Shown here piece by piece: positions 57,707-64,000 of a DNA stretch of 64,000 nt. The notes under the pieces are model-generated. The model was not told where the DNA came from and did no database searches. It worked only from the letters and a program-made list of their open reading frames with translations. Origin of the DNA: an uncultured bacterium (GTDB lineage: Bacteria > Actinomycetota > Acidimicrobiia > Acidimicrobiales > VFJN01); contig CAWEZE010000011.1 of the NCBI GenBank assembly GCA_963813485.1, forward strand, positions 96,178-160,177, given 5' to 3'. A program made the position numbers and the translations under genes. Each line of letters opens with the position of its first letter. Position 1 is the first letter of the stretch.

Positions 57707-59653
57707 ATGCGTGTCGGTGGTCGAGTCGGTGGTGGGAGCGTGGGCGCACACCCCATGTTGGGCGCCGACCCCAGCCAGCTCGCCGGCGCCAGCGTCGACC
57801 GGTCACTCGTGTGGCGGGTTTGGCGGTTCGCCCGGCCCTACCGCTGGATGCTCCTCGGCTACCTGGGGATCATCGTCGCCACTGCGCTCGTCCAGCTGGT
57901 GCCGCCGCTGCTGTTCCGCAGCATCATCGACTCGGCCATTCCCGACCATGACCGGGGTTACCTCAACCTCCTTGCCGGCCTGGCCGTGCTCGCGGCGCTC
58001 GTCGGCGCGCTCCTGGCTGTGGCCGACCGCTACGTCTCCTCCCGCATCGGCGAGGGTGTCATCTACGACCTGCGGGTGGCGTTGTTCGCCCACGTCCAGC
58101 GCATGCCCGTCGCCTTCTTCACCCGGACCCAGACCGGGGCGCTGACCAACCGCCTGAACACCGATGTCGTCGGCGCCCAGCGCGCCCTCACCGGCACGAT
58201 CGGGTCGGTTGTCTCCAACGTCGTCACGCTTGTGACCACGCTCGTCGCCATGGCCCTGCTGGAGTGGCAGCTCACGCTGCTGTCGCTGGTGGTGCTGCCG
58301 CTGTTCATCCTTCCGGCCAAGCGTGTCGGGCGCCGCCTGCAGGGGGTCACACGCCAGCAGATGGACCTCAACGCGTCGATGAACACCACCATGACCGAGC
58401 GCTTCAATGTGGCCGGCGCCCTGCTGGTGAAGTTGTTTGGTCGCGGCAACGACGAGGAGCGCAGCTTCGCGGCGCGGGCCGACGGCGTCCGGGTGGCGGG
58501 GATCAGGGCGGCGCTGCTCGGCCGTACCTTCTTCATCGCCCTCGGACTCGTAGGTGCGATCGGCACGGCCGCCATCTACTGGATCGGCGGGCTGCAGGTG
58601 ATCTCGGGCGGGCTGTCGATCGGGACGCTGGTCGCCATGGCTGCGTACGTCGGGCGGCTGTACGGGCCGCTGACGGCGCTGAGCAACGCGCCCGTCGATC
58701 TCATGAGCGCCTTCGTGTCGTTCGACCGGGTGTTCGAGGTGTTGGATGCCCCGGTGCCGCTCACCGACCGGCCCGGCGCCGTGGACCTCGTCGACGTTCG
58801 CGGCGAGGTCGAGATCGACGACGTGTGGTTCGCCTACCCGACCGACACGATCGTCCCCACCCTGGAGCTCGATCCCGCCGTCGCCAGCCCGTCCACCGAC
58901 GGCCGCGGGAATGGTGCACGAACCCCCGTGCGCAACGTGCTGCGTGGCGTCTCGGCCCGGATCGAGCCTGGCGAGCTCGTGGCACTGGTGGGGCCGTCGG
59001 GAGGGGGCAAGACGACCCTGTCGATGCTGATCCCCCGCATCTACGACGTGTCCGACGGGGTGGTGCGCATCGACGACCGTGACGTCCGGGATCTCACGCT
59101 GGAGTCGCTGCACAGTGCCATCGGCGTCGTCACCCAAGACCCGCACATGTTCCACGACAGCGTCGGCAACAACCTGCGCTACGCGCGGCCCGACGCCACG
59201 CAGGACGAGGTCGAGGCCGCTTGCCGCGCCGCCCAGATCCACGACGTCATCGCCCGCATGCCGGACGGCTACGACACGGTCGTGGGAGAGCGTGGCTATC
59301 GCCTGTCGGGGGGCGAGAAGCAGCGCCTGGCCCTCGCTCGCATGCTCCTTAAGGACCCGGCCATCGTCATCCTCGACGAGGCCACCAGCAATCTCGACAC
59401 CGAGAACGAGGCGCGGGTGCAGGAGGCGCTTGGAGTCGCGCTCGCGGGGCGCACCAGCTTCGTGATCGCCCACCGCCTGTCGACGATCGTGTCCGCCGAC
59501 CAGATCCTGGTGCTCGACAAGGGCCGCATCGTCGAGCGAGGCCGCCACGGCGAGTTGGTGGCCAGGGGCGGGCTGTACGCGGAGCTCTACCGGACGCTGG
59601 TGCGTGACGACGCCGACGCCGCCGACGAGACCACCGCGCTGGGACTTGCGTAG
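57707..59653 (+). CDS. ABC transporter, fused permease/ATP-binding exporter (MsbA/type IV-like)
   Basis: Start at ATG 57707 or 57755. Six-TM exporter domain, Walker A GPSGGGKTT, signature LSGGEKQR, Walker B ILDEATS. The first 630 aa of the 1281-aa track ORF are antisense to the neighbouring gene. Confidence 0.9.
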   Translation: MRVGGRVGGGSVGAHPMLGADPSQLAGASVDRSLVWRVWRFARPYRWMLLGYLGIIVATALVQLVPPLLFRSIIDSAIPDHDRGYLNLLAGLAVLAALVGALLAVADRYVSSRIGEGVIYDLRVALFAHVQRMPVAFFTRTQTGALTNRLNTDVVGAQRALTGTIGSVVSNVVTLVTTLVAMALLEWQLTLLSLVVLPLFILPAKRVGRRLQGVTRQQMDLNASMNTTMTERFNVAGALLVKLFGRGNDEERSFAARADGVRVAGIRAALLGRTFFIALGLVGAIGTAAIYWIGGLQVISGGLSIGTLVAMAAYVGRLYGPLTALSNAPVDLMSAFVSFDRVFEVLDAPVPLTDRPGAVDLVDVRGEVEIDDVWFAYPTDTIVPTLELDPAVASPSTDGRGNGARTPVRNVLRGVSARIEPGELVALVGPSGGGKTTLSMLIPRIYDVSDGVVRIDDRDVRDLTLESLHSAIGVVTQDPHMFHDSVGNNLRYARPDATQDEVEAACRAAQIHDVIARMPDGYDTVVGERGYRLSGGEKQRLALARMLLKDPAIVILDEATSNLDTENEARVQEALGVALAGRTSFVIAHRLSTIVSADQILVLDKGRIVERGRHGELVARGGLYAELYRTLVRDDADAADETTALGLA

Positions 59654-59722
59654 CGGCCCCCGTCGCCGGAGCCGGCTGCGAAGGCGACGGCGAGCCCACC
59701 CCGGGGCTGAAGGGTGCAGCGG

Positions 59723-60481
59723 CTAGGTGGACGTCCGGTCGCGCAGGAAGGCAACGTCGTCCTTGCGCCCCTCGGGGGCCGTCTCGCACACCACGGGTGC
59801 ACCGGCGGCTTCCACGACGGCCACGAGCAGCTCGGGATCGATGGTGCCGGTGCCGATGTTGGCGTGGCGATCGGCCCCCGACCCGGCGGCGTCCTTGGAG
59901 TCGTTGCAATGCACGAGGTCGATGCGCCCCGTAATCGCCTTGATGCGGTCGACGGCGCCGACCAGGGCCTCACCCGCCGCCCAGGCGTGGCAGGTGTCGA
60001 GGCAGAAGCCGATGTCCTTGTCGCCGATCGCCTCCCACAGGCCGGCGATGGTGTCGAAGTGGCGGGCCATGGCATGGTCGCCTCCCGCCGTGTTCTCGAG
60101 GTACACGGGCACATTCGTCTCGAGCTGATCCAGGCCCTTGCGCCAGCGGAGGAAGCCGGCTCCGGCCTCATCGTCCTCGGTGACGTGCCCGCCGTGGACG
60201 ATCACGGCGCGAGCGCCGATCTCGGCGGCGGCGTCGCAGGTGTTCTGCAGGATCTTGCGTGAGGGGATGCGGATGCGGTTGTTGGGCGACGCCAGGTTCA
60301 CCAGGTACGGCGCGTGCACGTAGACCGGCACCGGCGACGCCCGCAGCTCCTCGACGTCGTCGCGGGGTGGCGGCTTCTTCCAGCTCTGGGGATCGCCGAG
60401 GAAGATCTGCACGAGATCGGCGCCCTCGGCGGCGGCGATGGCGAGGGGGTCGGCCTGGTTGACGTGGGATCCGATGAGCAC
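59723..60481 (-). CDS. nfo: Deoxyribonuclease IV (endonuclease IV)
   Basis: 252 aa: [37 protein letters not shown] (Zn-ligand motifs of the TIM-barrel AP endonuclease). Confidence 0.9.
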   Translation of the reverse strand: MLIGSHVNQADPLAIAAAEGADLVQIFLGDPQSWKKPPPRDDVEELRASPVPVYVHAPYLVNLASPNNRIRIPSRKILQNTCDAAAEIGARAVIVHGGHVTEDDEAGAGFLRWRKGLDQLETNVPVYLENTAGGDHAMARHFDTIAGLWEAIGDKDIGFCLDTCHAWAAGEALVGAVDRIKAITGRIDLVHCNDSKDAAGSGADRHANIGTGTIDPELLVAVVEAAGAPVVCETAPEGRKDDVAFLRDRTST

Positions 60482-60523
60482 CCCATCAGGCTACGCCCGC
60501 GATCGGCATGGCCGGATCGGCTG

Positions 60524-60540
60524 ATACCCCGTTAGGGTAT
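60524..60540. promoter_or_regulatory. CsoR-type operator ATACCC-CGTTA-GGGTAT
   Basis: A G/C-tract inverted repeat immediately upstream of csoR (4 nt before GTG 60545, 19 nt before ATG 60560). It resembles the known actinobacterial CsoR boxes (TACCC...GGGTA). Confidence 0.5.
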
Positions 60541-60544
60541 ACGT

Positions 60545-60826
60545 GTGCCCGGCTACAGCATGACCAAGGACGACTACCTCAAGCGCCTGCGCCGGATCGA
60601 GGGCCAGGTGCGGGGCCTGCAGCGCCTGGTGGAGTCCGACACCTACTGCATCGACGTGCTGACGCAGATCTCGGCGTGCACCAGCGCCCTGCAGAGCGTG
60701 GCCGTCGGCCTGCTCGACGAGCACCTGCACCACTGCGTCAGCGATGCCGTGGCGTCCGGCGCGCCCGACGCGGCCGACAAGGTCACGGAGGCGACCCGCG
60801 CCATCGAGCGCCTGGTCAAGAGCTGA
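60545..60826 (+). CDS. csoR: CsoR/RcnR-family metal-sensing transcriptional repressor
   Basis: YLKRLRRIEGQVRGLQRLVESDTYCIDVLTQISA...HLHHCV (the C-H-C copper ligand pattern). Start may be the ATG at 60560. Confidence 0.88.
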   Translation: MPGYSMTKDDYLKRLRRIEGQVRGLQRLVESDTYCIDVLTQISACTSALQSVAVGLLDEHLHHCVSDAVASGAPDAADKVTEATRAIERLVKS

Positions 60827-60999
60827 GCGCTCCCGCGCTGACAACACACCGCCCACGGCCAAGGCTGCCGCCCGCACGTACGGCGACCACGCCTACGACC
60901 AGGGTCCGTCGACGAACTGCTCGCTCTGCCCGCTCTTCGCCGGGGACCGCAGTCCAGAACTTCCTCGTGTCCGATCGCCGCATGGACTAGACGCGCAGC

Positions 61000-61645
61000 G
61001 TGGCGCTCGATCCCGCGACGGTGCGCGGCAGCTACGACCGGATAGCCCGGCAGTACGCCGAGGAGTTCGATGACGAGCTGTCCCACCGCCCGCTCGAGCG
61101 AGCGCTGCTCGGGGCGCTCCCGGAGCTCGCCGGGCTCGACGCGACGCCGGGCGTCGTAGCCGATCTCGGCGCCGGCCCGGCACACGTGGCCCGACACCTG
61201 CGCGGCGCGGGGGTGCCGACGGTGGCCGTCGATCTGGCGCCGGCGATGGCCACCGTCGCCCACCACCGCAACCGCGTTCCGTCCGCCGCCGGCACGCTGA
61301 CGGCGCTTCCGCTCGCCGACGGCTCGCTCGCCGCCGCCGTCGTCTTCTACGCCGTGATTCACCTCGACGACGCCGGGGTGGCCGCCGCCGCCGGCGAGTT
61401 GGCGCGGGTGCTCCGGCCCGGCGGGGTCGCCCTCGTCTCGATCCACATCGGCGACGAGGTGCGCCACGTCGACGAATGGCACGGCGAGCCAGTCGACCTG
61501 GACTTCAGGTTCCTGCTCCCCGGCTCGCTCCGCCGGGTGCTCAGCGGGCGTGGGCCTGGTCGTGGAGGCGATCCTCGAACGGGAGCCGATCCCCGACGTG
61601 GAGGCCCAGACCCGGCGCGCCTACCTCCTGGCACGACGGCGGTGA
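61000..61645 (+). pseudogene. Class I SAM-dependent methyltransferase, one frameshift near the C-terminus
   Basis: VADLGAGPAHVARHL (motif I), VVFYAVIHL, VLRPGGVALVS. At about 61535-61548 the frame changes to AGVGLVVEAILEREPIPDVEAQTRRAYLLARRR*, ending at the TGA at 61643-61645. Confidence 0.7.
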
Positions 61646-62009
61646 GGGGAGCAGCCGACGGCGCGAGGCCTCGAGGACGAGGTCAACCCACGAGTGCGAG
61701 ACGACTGGGGTCCTGATCTTCGGACTCTTCGCGCCGCTTGCGCGCCGCGACTGCCCGCAGGACGTCCGTCCACGTGCTGTCACTCCTCGCAGACAAGCGG
61801 TTGTCGGCCATGAAAATCACCCTACGACGACGGTAGCGGCGGCAACATCGGCCACCTGGACGAAATACAACTACTCCCTAAGCAGTACGACGGCGCCGTG
61901 ACTTCGGCTCGCCGGGTTCCCCGGAACGCTGCGAAAGCGGCGGCGAACGCGACCTGGAAGGTGAGGGCATCGTCGTCGGCGGGCCGGTCCCTATGGGACA
62001 TCGGTTTCT

Positions 62010-62022
62010 GCGGAAGGTGTGG
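62010..62022. repeat. 13-nt duplicate of the tRNA-Ser 3' end (att-like remnant)
   Basis: GCGGAAGGTGTGG at 62010-62022 repeats 62031-62043 (the tRNA 3' acceptor/T-stem), 8 nt beyond the tRNA 3' end. Confidence 0.45.
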
Positions 62023-62028
62023 AGACGA

Positions 62029-62118
62029 TGGCGGAAGGTGTGGGATTCGAACCCACGGTGACCCGGAGGCCACAACGGCTTTCGAGGCCGCCCCATTCGT
62101 CCGCTCTGGCAACCTTCC
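62029..62118 (-). tRNA. tRNA-Ser (anticodon CGA)
   Basis: 90 nt. Acceptor GGAAGGT/ACCTTCC, 3-bp D stem, anticodon stem GCGGC/GCCGT with loop CU-CGA-AA, long variable arm, T-arm GTGGG-TTCGAAT-CCCAC, and an encoded CCA. Confidence 0.92.
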
Positions 62119-62170
62119 GGGGCTGCAAACTACCAGTGAAACCTGCTGGCTCCGACGGGCTTGGCGGGCG

Positions 62171-63622
62171 TCACACGACGACCGTGCGCGGCCTCGTGCC
62201 CGCAGATTCGCTCGGGGCGTAGGCATCCCACGCCTGTGCCAGGCGTCGCACGGTCTCCTCGAGCACCGGCGGCTCGGCCGAGTACGGGAACCGGAGATAG
62301 CGCAGGTCCTCGCCGGTGGGCGACATGACGTCGCCCGGGATGACCTCGACGCCGTAACGCAACGCGACCTGGGCGAATGCCGATGCCGTTCCCGCCGGCA
62401 GGCGGACCCAGAGCGACGGGCCGCCCTTGGGACGGCGCCACTCCCAGGATGGGAGCACGTCGTCGAGCAGGCGGCCGAGCAGCTCGAGGTTGCGACGCAG
62501 CATGGCGCGGTGGTCGGCCCGGAGCTGATCGAGCTGGGGCGCCAACCGCGCGGCCACCGCCTGGTCGAACAGGGGCGACCCGAGGTCGTTCATCGCCTTG
62601 AGCTCGGCCAGGCGGGCGACCAGCGAGCGTGGTCCCCGCAGCCAGCCCATCCTGAGCCCGCCCCAGGCCGCCTTGCCGAGTGATCCGGCGGTGAGGACGG
62701 TGGCCTCGGGACCGGCGAACGCCGCTATCGAGGGCGGGCGGTCCTCGTCGAGCGGGCAGTTCTCGAGGGCGTTGTCCTCGATGATCGGCACGCCCGTCTC
62801 CGCGGCCAGCTCGGCCAGCTCCCGCCGGCGGTGCACCGCGAGCAGCGCCCCCGTCGGGTTGTGGAACGTGGGCATGAGGTACAGCGCGGCTGGCCGGGTG
62901 CCCGCCACCGCGGCGCGGACGCCGCGCACATCGACGCCGTCGTCGTCCACCCCCACCGGCGTCAGGCGCGCGCCGCGGCTGCGGAACACGTCGAGCGTGC
63001 CGGCGAAGCTGGGCGACTCCACCACCACGGCGTCGCCCGCCCTGACCAGCAGCTGCGTTGCCAGGTTCACCGCCTGCTGGGCACCGGTGGTCACCAACAC
63101 CTCGTCGGGCTCGGTCGGGGTGCCGTCGCGGGTCAGCATCGCCGCGAGGGCCACCCGCAGTTCGGGCAGCCCGGCCGGTGCGTAGCCGATCTGCGTGAGC
63201 AGCTTGGGCCCATCGGCGGTGACCACATCGACCATCGCCTCGGCCACCGCCGGATGGGCCGGGAAGATTGCGCACGCCAGCGAGATCACCTCGTCGTGCG
63301 TCTCGATCAGCGACCGATAGACCGGGCTGAGCGTCAGCCCGTCCGCCGGGACCGCCCTGCGGGTCGATCGCTGCCGTATGCGGGTTCCGCTGCCCTGTCG
63401 GCTCTCCAGCAGTCCCTCGGCCCGCAGGGTGTCGAAGGCGGCGACGACCGTCGACCGGCTCACGGCGAGGCGGGCCGCCAGCTCACGTTCGGCGGGCAGG
63501 CGCTCGCCGGCCGCCAGGAACCCCTGGTCGATCGCTCGCCGGACCGCGTCGCCGAGCTTGCGGTGCAGAGGACCGGGACCTTCCGACCAAGCGCCCAGCG
63601 TGGCCTCTATGGACTGGTTCAT
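62171..63622 (-). CDS. MocR/PdxR-type regulator (GntR HTH fused to a class I aminotransferase-like domain)
   Basis: 483 aa. N-terminus LPAERELAARLAVSRSTVVAAFDTLRAEGLL, then an aminotransferase fold with SLGKAAWGGLRMGW (PLP-Lys). Confidence 0.88.
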   Translation of the reverse strand: MNQSIEATLGAWSEGPGPLHRKLGDAVRRAIDQGFLAAGERLPAERELAARLAVSRSTVVAAFDTLRAEGLLESRQGSGTRIRQRSTRRAVPADGLTLSPVYRSLIETHDEVISLACAIFPAHPAVAEAMVDVVTADGPKLLTQIGYAPAGLPELRVALAAMLTRDGTPTEPDEVLVTTGAQQAVNLATQLLVRAGDAVVVESPSFAGTLDVFRSRGARLTPVGVDDDGVDVRGVRAAVAGTRPAALYLMPTFHNPTGALLAVHRRRELAELAAETGVPIIEDNALENCPLDEDRPPSIAAFAGPEATVLTAGSLGKAAWGGLRMGWLRGPRSLVARLAELKAMNDLGSPLFDQAVAARLAPQLDQLRADHRAMLRRNLELLGRLLDDVLPSWEWRRPKGGPSLWVRLPAGTASAFAQVALRYGVEVIPGDVMSPTGEDLRYLRFPYSAEPPVLEETVRRLAQAWDAYAPSESAGTRPRTVVV

Positions 63623-63623
63623 A

Positions 63624-63720
63624 CCAATACTTCCCGAATTGGCTATGGAGCAGCGGCCGATTGGGAGTCAAAATACATTCCAATCGCCAGTCCAGGCCAG
63701 AGCCAATGTGCCGAAATTGG
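63624..63720. promoter_or_regulatory. Array of six ATTGG/CCAAT pentamers in the mocR divergent promoter region (candidate MocR binding sites)
   Basis: CCAAT at 63624, 63680 and 63703; ATTGG at 63638, 63660 and 63716. The 145-nt AT-richer intergenic region has inner spacings of about 20-23 nt. Confidence 0.4.
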
Positions 63721-63914
63721 ACTGCGATCGCAGGCCAAAGAGCCGAACCGACCGAAAGGGCGCCAGATGGAACCGACGCTCTCGTTCCTGGTGGAGGAGC
63801 GAATGCACACCCTGTGGCATGACGGTGCGCTGGTGCGCCGATCGCGGCGGCGCGCCGGGCGGCGCCGGCTGGCGGACGCCCTGACGTCTCGTGTCGACGA
63901 CCGGAGCGCCCGCG

Positions 63915-64000
63915 ATGTTTGAGGTCTACTGCGCCGACCACCGGGCCCAGGTTCTGCTCGACACATCCCGCATCGAAGCGATCCACAACTCCGCAAAGGG
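63915..64000 (+). CDS. Hypothetical protein, 5' fragment (runs off the window)
   Basis: ATG at 63915, then MFEVYCADHRAQVLLDTSRIEAIHNSAKG with high third-position GC. It overlaps the stop of a possible 51-codon upstream ORF (63767-63922). Confidence 0.3.
   Translation, partial: MFEVYCADHRAQVLLDTSRIEAIHNSAK

Overview
This is a 64-kb, roughly 70% GC segment that looks like an Actinomycetota chromosome. Supporting features are an MMPL/TetR pair, a Ddn-like deazaflavin enzyme, Lgt with an acidic tail, a GPGG mini-protein, and many 4-nt start/stop overlaps. Most genes are core or metabolic: ATP-dependent DNA ligase, lgt, tesB, a PLP decarboxylase, a P450, xseA/xseB, a polyprenyl synthase, Nfo, an H+-pyrophosphatase, an ABC exporter, tRNA-Ser(CGA), and DtxR, CsoR, MerR, MocR, TetR and MarR-GNAT regulators. 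There is also a scattered set of thiolase, SDR, acyl-CoA dehydrogenase, crotonase, CoA-transferase and nitronate-monooxygenase genes. Their content and order resemble the mycobacterial steroid ring-C/D (HIP) catabolic set echA20-ipdAB-ipdC-fadA6. Five kinds of structure are not explained by ordinary genes. (1) A family of about 140-bp MITE-like elements with about 20-nt terminal inverted repeats flanked by TA. There are 4 full, 1 partial and 1 doubtful copy, and two copies supply the C-terminus or stop codon of host genes. (2) A perfect palindrome CTGACG-N3-CGTCAG occurs exactly three times, each at the 5' end of a beta-oxidation-type operon, so it is a candidate regulon operator. (3) A G/C-rich palindromic repeat is translated in-frame inside xseA and recurs as an inverted pair next to a preQ1-I riboswitch-yhhQ unit. 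(4) About 25 single-nucleotide frameshifts interrupt otherwise well-conserved genes (hppA, phoX-like, mmpL, a STAND cyclase and others). These are either assembly indels or real gene decay. (5) A degraded accessory patch at 8.15-15 kb starts with an integrase remnant. No CRISPR array, rRNA or intact transposase was seen. Product calls come from motif recognition by eye, with no database search. Start codons are often uncertain by tens of nt.
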